NCBI GenBank assembly: GCA_965648905.1
Contig: CBFGIT010000032.1
Span: forward strand, 1-29,025
DNA from: a candidate division WOR-3 bacterium
Lineage (GTDB): Bacteria > Hydrothermota > Tepidihabitantia > Tepidihabitantales > Tepidihabitantaceae
Length of the DNA stretch: 29,025 nt
Direction of reading: 5' to 3'
A program made the position numbers and the translations under genes. The notes below the pieces were generated by a model. The model worked only from the letters and a program-made list of their open reading frames with translations, was not told where the DNA came from and ran no database searches. This document shows positions 8,101 to 15,961 of the stretch, one piece after another. Positions within the stretch are counted from its first letter, which is position 1, and each line of letters begins with the position of its first letter.

Positions 8101-9126
8101 CCGAACTGCGTCGGCCCGGGCCAGCTTCTCGACCTTCCAGATGCCGGCGGCGCGGTCCTGAAACTCGATGGCCTTTTCGGTCACGGCGAAGAGCACCTGG
8201 CCGTCCTGGAAAGCGGCCCTGATGGTGTCGGTCTCGAGTCCGGTCGCGACTGAGTACGTGCGCACCGTGCGGGTCGCGAGGCTGTCAATCAGGAGACCTT
8301 TGTCTGTAGCCAGCACGAGGTTCGCGCCCGAGGCAGTAATGCCGTTGACCGGGGCCAGGTTCTCGATGTCGCGGAATACGACCCAGTTGTCCGAGCCGGG
8401 CTCGTACAGCACCACGCGGCCCCGGCTGACGACAAACAGCGAATCGCCCAGAATTGAGTAATCGGATATTTCGATGCCACGATAGACCGACCATGCCGCG
8501 GTTGCCCGGCGATAGGCAACCAGACCCTGCGACGAGACAAACCAGACGCGTTGCTCAGTGCTGATGATGCGGTCATAGGCATAGGGCGGCGCGGACACGG
8601 CTTCGAGTTGGTTGAACTCGCGGCTGTAGCGCGCGAGTCCAGAGTCAGTGGCAAGCCAGACATAGTCATTGTCCGAGAATACGTCGTTCGCCGGCAAGGC
8701 ACTGACCTGGTGCCACTGCTCGGTGATGCGGTCGAACCGTGCGAGACCGAACCGGCCTGCGGCCCAGACATAGTCCTTGTCAAACGCGAGTCCGGTTACC
8801 CTGCCAGGCAGGTCATAGGTCTGCCAGTCGCCGAGCTTCAGGTCGGCTGAGGCAAGGCCTGAGTCTGTCGCGACCCAGAGTATGCCGTCGTCAACACCCA
8901 GGACGTTAACCGAGTTATCAGGCAGGCCGCTGGCTTTGGTGATTCTGCCCCAGGTCTGGGTGGTGCGGTTATAGGTGTGGATGCCAAGGGGCGTTGTGAC
9001 GAACAGGTACTCAGCAGCATGTCGGTCAGCAGTACCGTCGAGTATCATGGGCCGCCCCTCGAACGCCTTGCGCGTCAAGCCCAGGGCAGGAGCGGCGGTC
9101 AGGAGCACGACGGCCACGAGCCGCAA
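5188..9126 (-). CDS. Large secreted/outer-membrane protein: N-terminal beta-propeller, SprA-like middle motifs, C-terminal beta-barrel
   Basis: Signal peptide (LRLVAVVLLTAAPALG; TTG 9126 preferred over 9207). Propeller blades LWVATDSGL and VWLATDSGL; EEVLVDGEPVRRGTDYTIDYTSGTLVF; amphipathic strands; terminal Phe. Confidence 0.8.
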   Translation of the reverse strand: MRLVAVVLLTAAPALGLTRKAFEGRPMILDGTADRHAAEYLFVTTPLGIHTYNRTTQTWGRITKASGLPDNSVNVLGVDDGILWVATDSGLASADLKLGDWQTYDLPGRVTGLAFDKDYVWAAGRFGLARFDRITEQWHQVSALPANDVFSDNDYVWLATDSGLARYSREFNQLEAVSAPPYAYDRIISTEQRVWFVSSQGLVAYRRATAAWSVYRGIEISDYSILGDSLFVVSRGRVVLYEPGSDNWVVFRDIENLAPVNGITASGANLVLATDKGLLIDSLATRTVRTYSVATGLETDTIRAAFQDGQVLFAVTEKAIEFQDRAAGIWKVEKLARADAVRQQLVYLDDAGGHLRLIPATDLRLTGRAYHALSRTVTPESTSRTGSRTAALNLAALHSSNRSLSLYYDDTDKDQVVYGAGYRGTAQDILRRADAGFVESEYSDLDIIPQLSLFGGNARLQYQDHRAGVQAGKLQSRPRIDLFTGRSLDKNLTLPDVNYVRNAFYHVYQPARPLKRTQDTIFIDDHQVLTNKLDTRIGFTVAGITGDFDPLIRGKGYHIDYDRGIVQFAVPVRPTDLVCLKLGSEELVLQSETVTDHVMENVYALGSGIIPGSLVMTIVDTLGQVHALSEFGLDQDGDNSVDPEFVNCDLGFLLFPTARPFPDVVYTERRRCYTMHLSYRSYSLFYYLSSCPVVRNSEEVLVDGEPVRRGTDYTIDYTSGTLVFLKPDIVTDYSEITVRYSSVEREEKSLFWSAQPNIAVAPGLRLSPGFSHADSEDMVHLSGRFETKGLNTKPPSDSGAFPLSLTVIPQFAVNTRGAAAQHHTLTANYQWLSCRAEYESYAARFEAFGRQKRKYGDLRHSAAASLGIEPIAQVRLDGSIRREYLADWSPVTANYTSARLSYLNQNLPNGYLLVGKDMLPDNDKLRLKASLGHEFTVLSTRLKLAGVYQNTAVEPQAHDSLTPHYRSSEYIADAGFTLPFPVTGNFRLRSNRLFGAQAATQRELRGRLNVDAIPGLYYVGTFNLRGDMTELSDNSGRVPPTRDLSVSSYVFNDLRIAPGRWDPRLAVVNFSAGAGTNFDQYSRNIEAAAPPFRLRPLPGVPVSRVKDLVTMYGSVQLDPWSTLMLRYRRALNRSGFALYALPELSPSTDDEVRIEYQPPRWGMFSGQWTLRRVASYPFSTTSSLFLEWNRPWSDKIRTKLTASGRTNTDAWGSKTAPQVSSGELKLNSQLLYRFTTKSFATLDLGASRQQTDTTRSSSFTNSRSTLTLLPGLGFNLNLLRFLYLQFSLNYSHPLAPTPPRSLALSGRITGQF
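6010..6051. repeat. 42-bp palindromic element (in-frame, intragenic), copy A
   Basis: GGGGACACGACCCGAATTGTC-G-GACAATTCGGTCATGTCCCC, a near-perfect hairpin; 36/42 identical to 25554-25595. Confidence 0.9.
6720..6764. repeat. Probable diverged relative of the palindromic element (45 bp, in frame)
   Basis: GGGGAAACGCTCCCGAAT... resembles the copy A left arm GGGGACACGACCCGAAT and ends in GTCCCT. Encodes GLNTKPPSDSGAFP in a likely loop. Confidence 0.45.
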
Positions 9127-9155
9127 TGCTCTTAGTTCTCGTCCGTTCCCGGACG

Positions 9156-10664
9156 CTACTCCTCGATGAATCCCGAAGGTATCTCCTCCGGCACAGACTG
9201 GCCGCACTGGCGCTGCTGCACTTTGGCGTCGGTCTTGTAGGAGCCGGTGCGGCGGCGTTCTTCGCCGATAGAGAAGACCTGGATGGCGGCCGGACCTTCA
9301 AGCGGGCAACGCGCTTCGCACGCGCCGCAGCCGACACACGCCTCGGCATTCACCGACGGCCGCAAAGCCTGCCCCATGCCGGTCGGGTCCTTGACCGCGT
9401 TGATGGCGTCGTAAGGGCAGGCTTCGTCGCAGACCAGGCAGTGCTTGTCGCGTTCCCAGGCCAGGCAGCGGCTGCGGTCCACGGCCGCGGTGCCCATCTT
9501 GGCATAGCTCTTTTCTTCGAGCGACAGGTTGCGGATAGCACCGGTCGGGCACGCCCGACCGCACAGGTTGCAGTTCTTCTCGCAGGCACCGACACGCGGC
9601 ACGACTCTCGGGGTCCAAAATCCGTTCACGCCGGACTCGAGGATGGCCGGCTGCAGACACCCGCTCGGGCAGGCCTTGATGCACCGGTCGCAGCGCAGGC
9701 AGGTGGCAAGAAAACTTGCCTCAGGCAGAGCGCCCGGTGGTCGGATGAGCCGGGAGGTAAGCCGCGCGTGCAGCAGGCTGCGCGCGAGCGGTGCAAGAAG
9801 AAGAGCAGAGCCGGCTGCAAGGATTGTTTCGCGGCGACCGATGTCGAACCTCTCAGGCCTTGTCTGCACGCGGTAGCCGACGGTTCCGTGTGCGCAGCGG
9901 TACTTGCAGGCCAGACAGTCGATGCACTCGGATGAGTCAATGCGGCGCTCGGCCGACTTGACGGCTCCGGTCGGGCAGGCTGACTCGCACAGGCCGCATT
10001 CCTTGCACTCATTCTGAAACGCGAACTTGAACAGAGAGAAGCGCGAGCAGATGGCAAGCAGGCCACCGAGCGGGCACAGATTGCGGCACCAGAACCGTGG
10101 GGCGACAAACCCGAACAGGAGGATGCCGGCAAAGGTCGCGAAAGCCGTGAATGTCTCGGTTACTGTGACAGCCCGGGTTGCGCCGACCAGGCCCGCAAGA
10201 TACGTGCCGACCGGGTAGAAGACAAGGGCGAGGGTGCGCTCCATTATGACCAGCGGGTCGAAGAAGCCGATGAACGACGCGCCGAGGAGCGCAGACAGAA
10301 GCAGGAACAGGAGCAGCGCGTACTTCAGGTTGCGCAGCGGCGAACCCGGCCTGTTTCTGCGCCGGACCACTGCGTCAAACAGGTCGATGGTTGTGCCCAA
10401 GGGGCAGACGAACCCGCAGAAGAAGCGCCCAAAGACCAACGTGGCCACCACCAGGATGAGCGCAGGCAGGGCCGCAGCCACGAGAACTCGAGCAGCCAGG
10501 CTTGTCACCACAAGTACCAGCGGGTCGAATCGGAAGAAGACGTCACCGCCAACCGGGCTTGTGCCGTACCGGGTCCTGAGGAACAGAGCAATGAACAGCG
10601 CAAGAAAGGCGAGCTGTATTGCCCACCTGATTAGCCGTTCGGCTGCGAGCTTCGGTCGGCTCAC
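9156..10664 (-). CDS. Membrane polyferredoxin (NapH/MauN-like TM + 4Fe-4S domain fused to NapG/MauM-like domain)
   Basis: GRFFCGFVCPLG and RFWCRNLCPLG; multiple CxxCxxCxxxCP motifs; LIRPPGALPEASFLATCLRCDRC; internal GRRETIL followed by a hydrophobic segment. Confidence 0.9.
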   Translation of the reverse strand: MSRPKLAAERLIRWAIQLAFLALFIALFLRTRYGTSPVGGDVFFRFDPLVLVVTSLAARVLVAAALPALILVVATLVFGRFFCGFVCPLGTTIDLFDAVVRRRNRPGSPLRNLKYALLLFLLLSALLGASFIGFFDPLVIMERTLALVFYPVGTYLAGLVGATRAVTVTETFTAFATFAGILLFGFVAPRFWCRNLCPLGGLLAICSRFSLFKFAFQNECKECGLCESACPTGAVKSAERRIDSSECIDCLACKYRCAHGTVGYRVQTRPERFDIGRRETILAAGSALLLAPLARSLLHARLTSRLIRPPGALPEASFLATCLRCDRCIKACPSGCLQPAILESGVNGFWTPRVVPRVGACEKNCNLCGRACPTGAIRNLSLEEKSYAKMGTAAVDRSRCLAWERDKHCLVCDEACPYDAINAVKDPTGMGQALRPSVNAEACVGCGACEARCPLEGPAAIQVFSIGEERRRTGSYKTDAKVQQRQCGQSVPEEIPSGFIEE

Positions 10665-10668
10665 CCGG

Positions 10669-11622
10669 CTAGGCTTTGACTTCCCTTAGGTCCATCTTTG
10701 CCGGGTCGATTTCGCCCAGCTTGTGCGCCGCGGCCGCGACGATGTACTTCACGCCTTTGCCGGTGAATGACTTGTTGTACCACTGGGTGATGCCGACTGC
10801 GTAGGAGTCGACCGCAACCGGGTCAGTGCCGGCGATGACCGTGTCGAGTTGCACGGTCTTGCCTGGTCCGCCCGGCCCGCCGCTGGTCAGCGCCCGGGTT
10901 GCGTCGACGACGATGAGCTGGGGTTTGACCACCGTAGCCAGGTCGGCAATGCACTGGTGCAGATTGAGCGAATGGAACGTGCCGCGGTCCCAGATGAGTC
11001 CCATCAGGTTCTTCATGCCCAGGCTCACGCCGGTGGCCGAGTGGGACTTGGCCGTGGGCAGATTGATGAGCTTATCTGACTCGAGCACGGCCCGGGCAAC
11101 TCTGGTCGTCTTCAGTTCCCTGCCCTGTTCAACTTTGACTTCAACGAACTGCCGCTCCTTGCCGAGCGTCAGCACGCTGACCTTGTCTTTGTCGAGCACG
11201 GCCTTGTTGACGCCGCTCTTCTCCACACAGACCTCGGCGCTGGCCAGGGTGTGGTCGACCAAAATGATTCGGGCCGCGCCCGCCTCAAGACACAATTGCA
11301 CGACCTGCTGCATCACCTCGGCGCTGGTCGTGGCCCCGCAGTCGGCATTGGCGGCAAACGAGATATTCGGCTTGATGCAGACCTTGTCCCCGGGTTTGAC
11401 GAACATCTTGATGCCGCCGAGTGCGTCGAGTGCGGCCTTGACCAGCTTTGACCGGTTGCCGCGTGCGACCGCGACGGCCGGGCCGGCAGGCTGCTCAGCC
11501 TCGGCCGCGACCAGGCTGCGCGGCAGCAGGGCCAGCGCGGCCGCGCCCAAGCCCAGTTTCAGAAAGTCGCGCCGCGAGACGCTGTGCAGGCGGTCCGGAA
11601 TTCTGCGCTCTGCTTTCTGCAT
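10669..11622 (-). CDS. Tat-exported DUF362-family protein
   Basis: SRRDFLK Tat motif; LGGIKMFVKPGDKVCIKPN, INLPTAKSH, SLGMKNLMG, DPVAVD. Confidence 0.9.
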   Translation of the reverse strand: MQKAERRIPDRLHSVSRRDFLKLGLGAAALALLPRSLVAAEAEQPAGPAVAVARGNRSKLVKAALDALGGIKMFVKPGDKVCIKPNISFAANADCGATTSAEVMQQVVQLCLEAGAARIILVDHTLASAEVCVEKSGVNKAVLDKDKVSVLTLGKERQFVEVKVEQGRELKTTRVARAVLESDKLINLPTAKSHSATGVSLGMKNLMGLIWDRGTFHSLNLHQCIADLATVVKPQLIVVDATRALTSGGPGGPGKTVQLDTVIAGTDPVAVDSYAVGITQWYNKSFTGKGVKYIVAAAAHKLGEIDPAKMDLREVKA

Positions 11623-11628
11623 TCTGAC
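11601..11628. repeat. Heptamer repeat overlapping the start codon
   Basis: ttctgcg-ctctgct-ttctgca-ttctgac (minus strand NGCAGAA-like). Confidence 0.7.
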
Positions 11629-11635
11629 TTCGCTC

Positions 11636-12643
11636 CTACTGCCTTATCGCCTGAGAGATGTTGCGGCAGAACAGCTTGGCCACGAGCAGGGCCGCGTCCG
11701 AGTTCTCCTGGATGGTGACCCAGACATAGTAGCGGCCGTCGCGGAAATCGACTCTGTACGAGAAGAGCTGCTGCTCGATGCGGGCCTCGTCTCCGGCATT
11801 ATCCCCGGTCCACGGCACCTCGACGCCGGTAGCGACCGCACCGTACACGCCGCGGGCGTTGGTCGAGTCGGCCATGTCGAAGATGCGCAGGTTCAAGTCC
11901 ACGGTTGTGCCTGAGGGCGAACCGGTGTAGTCCTGGAACGCACAACGAACAAAGCCGTGTTCGACATAGGGTACACCCTCACCGTCAATCAGGTCGTACA
12001 ACTGCTGCTGGTTCTCGGCGGTCTTGACCGGGCCGCTGGTGTTCCAGCCGCCGATTTCGTTATTCGTGGGCAGCAGCTCAATCGGGTCCTTGGGCTCAGG
12101 GGGCAGGACCGCGTCGGTGTCGGCTTTGGCACCGGCAACAACCGCGAACCGGCGGCAGACCTCGCGGGCAAGAGGCAAGGCGCTCTCGATGCGCAGCCAG
12201 AAGAAGTACTGACCGTAGCGGAAGTTGACCTCGTAGAACAGGGAGTCGGTCAGAAACCGCGCTTCGTCGCCCGGGTTATCACCGGTCCAGGCGGTCTGGC
12301 CTGCGCGTGCCAGCGCCGCGTAGATGAGACGGGCATGGGTAGTGTCAGCCATGTCGGCAATGCGGAGTTCGAGCCGGACCGTGCTGTCGGCGATTTCCCC
12401 CTCGAAGAACTGGCGAGCCAGCTTGGAGAAACCGTTACTGGTGTAAGGCTGGGCCGCAGCACCGAGCAGGGCAGTGAGCGCCGAATCGGTCCGGACCGAG
12501 TCGGTCTGGCCCGAGCGCGTCCAGCCGGTAATCTCGTTGCTCGCGGGCAGCAGTTCGACCGGGTCTTTGGCCGTGGCCGGCTGGTCTTCCTTCTTACACG
12601 CGAAGCACAGGATGACAAGGGACAAAACCAGCATTCGTCGCAT
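11636..12643 (-). CDS. Lipoprotein with two tandem homologous domains (DUF6599-like)
   Basis: Lipobox CFAC. Internal duplication KDPVELLPASNEITGW / KDPIELLPTNNEIGGW, LRIADMADTTHAR / LRIFDMADSTNAR, WTGDNPGDEAR / WTGDNAGDEAR. Confidence 0.8.
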   Translation of the reverse strand: MRRMLVLSLVILCFACKKEDQPATAKDPVELLPASNEITGWTRSGQTDSVRTDSALTALLGAAAQPYTSNGFSKLARQFFEGEIADSTVRLELRIADMADTTHARLIYAALARAGQTAWTGDNPGDEARFLTDSLFYEVNFRYGQYFFWLRIESALPLAREVCRRFAVVAGAKADTDAVLPPEPKDPIELLPTNNEIGGWNTSGPVKTAENQQQLYDLIDGEGVPYVEHGFVRCAFQDYTGSPSGTTVDLNLRIFDMADSTNARGVYGAVATGVEVPWTGDNAGDEARIEQQLFSYRVDFRDGRYYVWVTIQENSDAALLVAKLFCRNISQAIRQ

Positions 12644-12646
12644 TGG

Positions 12647-13969
12647 CTACTCCTGGTTGAGGACCGTTATCTTTCTGGTCTGTGTACCGCTGCGACTTGA
12701 AAGGCGCAGGAAAAAGGTGCCGGCGCCGACCTTGCCCCGGGTGTGCCAGTTCACCTGATGCCGGCCTCGGGTCAGGCGTCCGCGATACACCTGGGCCTGG
12801 GTGCGGCCGGCAGCGTCAACAACATCGATGGTCACGTCACCGGCACTCGGCAGGGCAAACGTCACCCGGGCCTGGCCGTGCACCGGCTGAGGCGAGATTT
12901 GGAGACGGGACGCGCGGTCGATCAGGCCACTTTCTTCCATGCCGACGTTGTTCAGTTCTATCAGGTTCACCTCGGTCGTGCCCAGGCTATAGGGCGGCTG
13001 GGCCGCAGTGGTTATCTGGGCCGCATTCAGTACGCCGAGCCCATGCGTCTGGCGCTCGATGTTGATGACGTTCTGGCCCTGGTAGTCGCAGGCCACTTGG
13101 TCGCGGCTCATGATGAGCAATTTGGGATTGAAATTGGGCGAGCCGCCCGGCCCACCTGAATACAGCCCGAAAAGCCCGTCAATGACAAAGAGCTTCTGGA
13201 TGTTGTTGGGCGTGACGACATCCCGAATCTGCTGGTTCAGGGATGGTATCGCCGGGCTGCAGCCGCCGGTGTGCTGAAGCCCGCCCGGGTTGTGCACTGA
13301 GCCGTAGTGATTCTTCAAGCAGAGAGTCACCACGCCCTGGCTGTGAGTCTTGAGTACCGCGGCGTCAATCAGATAGTCGACCATCCGGCTCAGGATGACG
13401 CTCGGATTCTGGGACGAGCCATTGACATTGAAAGTCACGCTGCTGTCATAGCCAAAGCCCGAGTGGTTCGTACCGACGTAGCGCACCTGGGTCGGTTCCG
13501 AGCCGGTGTAAATCGTGTAGCCCGAGCTGGTCAGCTCCGAGTCGGTGCGGTCCCAGACGATGATGTTGTTCTTCGGGAAAAGGGTGCCGCCAAAGTCCAT
13601 TCGGCCCAGCCCGTTTGCCATGCAGCGCACGACTTCGGGGTGCGTCGGCAGATAGCGGTTGATGCAGTTGACCTTGATGCCGATGATACTCGACTCGGTG
13701 ATGCCGGGGAAAAAGCTCTTCCACGCCTCGCCGACGTCGCGCACGCCGGCCAAGGCCATTACCGATTCGTCCATCATCATCTGTACGATGGGCTCGTTGA
13801 TGGTGCTGCCTGAGGTTGCCTGTTCGTGGAAGCACTGGACTACGTCGCTGGCCAGGTCGCCCGGCGCAAAGCCGCGCGTCAGGCCGGGCAAGCCTCTGGG
13901 CCGGACCGCGAGTCCGACCGCGCCGATACCGATGAACTTCAGGAAGTCACGTCGCGATACATCTTTCAT
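12647..13969 (-). CDS. Tat-signal DUF362-family protein with C-terminal Por-secretion/FlgD-Ig-like tail
   Basis: SRRDFLK; IGIKVNC, VLKTH, TLCLKNHYG, DQVACD; C-terminal ISPQP...IDVVDAAGR...GTFFLRL...RKITVL. Confidence 0.88.
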   Translation of the reverse strand: MKDVSRRDFLKFIGIGAVGLAVRPRGLPGLTRGFAPGDLASDVVQCFHEQATSGSTINEPIVQMMMDESVMALAGVRDVGEAWKSFFPGITESSIIGIKVNCINRYLPTHPEVVRCMANGLGRMDFGGTLFPKNNIIVWDRTDSELTSSGYTIYTGSEPTQVRYVGTNHSGFGYDSSVTFNVNGSSQNPSVILSRMVDYLIDAAVLKTHSQGVVTLCLKNHYGSVHNPGGLQHTGGCSPAIPSLNQQIRDVVTPNNIQKLFVIDGLFGLYSGGPGGSPNFNPKLLIMSRDQVACDYQGQNVINIERQTHGLGVLNAAQITTAAQPPYSLGTTEVNLIELNNVGMEESGLIDRASRLQISPQPVHGQARVTFALPSAGDVTIDVVDAAGRTQAQVYRGRLTRGRHQVNWHTRGKVGAGTFFLRLSSRSGTQTRKITVLNQE

Positions 13970-14041
13970 CTGGGTTCCTTTCGTGGCCTGACCGCGGACC
14001 GAACCAGTTCCCGGACGGGTGCTGGTGTAACGTCACCTTAC

Positions 14042-14071
14042 ATTATCCCTGACCCGGCAGTGCCATGTCAA
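14042..14071 (-). promoter_or_regulatory. sigma70-type promoter for the DUF362 operon
   Basis: TTGACA (14071-14066), 18-bp spacer, GATAAT (14047-14042). Confidence 0.6.
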
Positions 14072-14083
14072 GCATGGCTTGGC

Positions 14084-14112
14084 TTGACCGAGGCGCACGC
14101 CGGACGTATAGT
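14084..14112 (+). promoter_or_regulatory. sigma70-type promoter for tatA-tatC
   Basis: TTGACC, 17-bp spacer, TATAGT; back-to-back with the minus-strand promoter. Confidence 0.65.
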
Positions 14113-14162
14113 CTCACCATGTACGGCGATTCGGCTGTTTCCGGCGCAGGAGGTGACCGCTA

Positions 14163-14360
14163 ATGTTTGGCATCGGCTGGCAGGAAATACTGCTTATCGT
14201 CCTCATCGTGCTGCTGCTTTTCGGCGCGCGGCGCATCCCCGAGGTGATGCGTTCGTTGGGCAAAGGCGTGCGCGAGTTCAAGCAGGGCATGAAGGACATC
14301 GACAACCCGGACAAACCCGAGCAGCAGCACAAGGACGACCAGGGCCCGAAGGCAGACTAA
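14163..14360 (+). CDS. tatA: Twin-arginine translocase TatA/E
   Basis: MFGIGWQEILLIVLIVLLLFGARRIPEVMRSLGKGVREFK; AGGAGG RBS. Confidence 0.96.
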   Translation: MFGIGWQEILLIVLIVLLLFGARRIPEVMRSLGKGVREFKQGMKDIDNPDKPEQQHKDDQGPKAD

Positions 14361-14415
14361 CCGCGTCCACTGACTGACAGTCCGCGGTTCTGAACTCTGA
14401 AGTGGGTCAGACGAC

Positions 14416-15105
14416 ATGACCTTTCTCGACCACCTCGAGGAACTCCGCAAACGCGTTCTCTACTCGGCCGTTGCTCTGGGCATTGCGGCGGTGGCGGGAT
14501 TCTTCTTCTCTCAGCGCATCACCAACCTGCTGACCCGGCCGGTGCCGGAACTCGTCTTTCTCGCGCCGGCCGAAGCGTTCGTAGTTCAGCTCAAGGTCGC
14601 ACTCATTGCCGGCCTGTTTCTCGCCGCACCGGTCATCTTCTACCAGTTCTGGCGATTTGTCCGGCCTGCGCTCCTGCCCCACGAGGTGAAGTACGTCGTA
14701 TCCGCGGTCATCGTCTCAAGCGTACTTTTTGTCACGGGTGTTGCCTTCGCCTATCTCGTCGTGGTGCCGACCGCAATGAAGTTCCTCCTGAGTTTCCAGA
14801 CCCCGAAGCTTCGTGCCATGCTTTCGATCAGCGAGTACGTCGGTACGGTCGGTACGTTTCTCTTTGCCTGCGGCGTGATGTTTCAACTGCCGGTCATCAT
14901 GTTCTTTCTCACCAAGCTCGGCGTCGTCACTCCACGGTTTCTCGCCCGGAACCAGCGCGGCGCCATCGTCGCCATCTTCATCGTTGCCGCGGTCCTGTCT
15001 CCGCCCGACGTATTCAGCCAGGTGCTTATGGCCGTGCCGCTCCTGGCGCTCTTTGAACTCAGTATCCTGGCTTCCTTCCTCGCCCGTCCGCGCCCCACCG
15101 GCTGA
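14416..15105 (+). CDS. tatC: Twin-arginine translocase TatC
   Basis: MTFLDHLEELRKR, YQFWRFVRPAL..HE, FQLP, AAVLSPPDVFSQ; multiple TM helices. Confidence 0.96.
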   Translation: MTFLDHLEELRKRVLYSAVALGIAAVAGFFFSQRITNLLTRPVPELVFLAPAEAFVVQLKVALIAGLFLAAPVIFYQFWRFVRPALLPHEVKYVVSAVIVSSVLFVTGVAFAYLVVVPTAMKFLLSFQTPKLRAMLSISEYVGTVGTFLFACGVMFQLPVIMFFLTKLGVVTPRFLARNQRGAIVAIFIVAAVLSPPDVFSQVLMAVPLLALFELSILASFLARPRPTG

Positions 15106-15168
15106 GCCGCAGGCAGGATGATGTTCAGTTCCTTCTGAGTCATGCTGGTTCGCTGATAGAATGGAGCC

Positions 15169-15786
15169 ATGGATAAGACCCTGAAACAGCGATATGAGGC
15201 TCTGAAGGCGATGGTCGTGAAACGGAAGGAACCGTTCGACCAGTTCATGGCTTTCCTCGAAGAGAAGACGTCGTGGCTTGAGAGTCCGGCCAGCACCCGG
15301 TTTCATTTGGCTGAGAAGCACGGGCTGCTGAAGCATTCGGTCGGTGTGGCTGAGACCCTGCTCAGATTACGTGCCTGCCTTGCGCCGCAGTTGTCCGAGG
15401 AGAGTTGTGTAATCGTCGGTCTGCTGCATGACGTCGGCAAGGTCGGCATGCCGGGCAAGCCGCTGTATTTACCGAACGAGAACGAGTGGGAGAAGAAGAA
15501 CCGGGGCATGATGTACAAGTACAATGCGGAAGTGACCGCGATGGGTCTGGCCGTGCGCAGCCTGTACCTTGTTACCAAGTACCTGCCGCTGTCCGACGCG
15601 GAAGCGCAGGCGATATGCTATCACGACGGCCCTTACATAGCGGAGAACGAAGCGGTTGCCCATGACGAAGAACCTTTGACGCTGCTTGTGCACTGGGCCG
15701 ACTACTGGACCGCGCACATCTTCGAAGGCGGGCGCGCGGTAAGAGAGAGCGAAGACTACTTCGACCGCGAACCGGGCCCGGGCTGA
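15169..15786 (+). CDS. HD-domain phosphohydrolase (YhaM-like HD domain)
   Basis: SPASTRFH...GLLKHS, LLHDVGK, AICYHDG, LVHWAD. Confidence 0.85.
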   Translation: MDKTLKQRYEALKAMVVKRKEPFDQFMAFLEEKTSWLESPASTRFHLAEKHGLLKHSVGVAETLLRLRACLAPQLSEESCVIVGLLHDVGKVGMPGKPLYLPNENEWEKKNRGMMYKYNAEVTAMGLAVRSLYLVTKYLPLSDAEAQAICYHDGPYIAENEAVAHDEEPLTLLVHWADYWTAHIFEGGRAVRESEDYFDREPGPG

Positions 15787-15961
15787 TGAGTAGCCGTCTG
15801 CGTCCGAAGCTGCCATCGACAACGACGCCAGCATGGTTTGACTTCATCCGGCATCGTGTTAACATTGAAGTCCGCACTGACAACCTAACATGACAGACGA
15901 CACTAGAATCGAGGTCAGAAGACCTCTTCCGCAGTTGCCCAAGCGACATTGAACTGGAGGT

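Noticed and set aside
10826..11914. Long antisense ORFs (e.g. 10826-11914, 9126-9935, 15572-16732, 16494-17417, 17155-18138, 22441-23151)
   Set aside because: Shadow frames of well-supported GC-rich genes, with no recognisable motifs.
15838..15909. Promoter for the por operon (TTGACT..TAACAT; TAGAAT)
   Set aside because: Spacing and matches are too weak to choose one.
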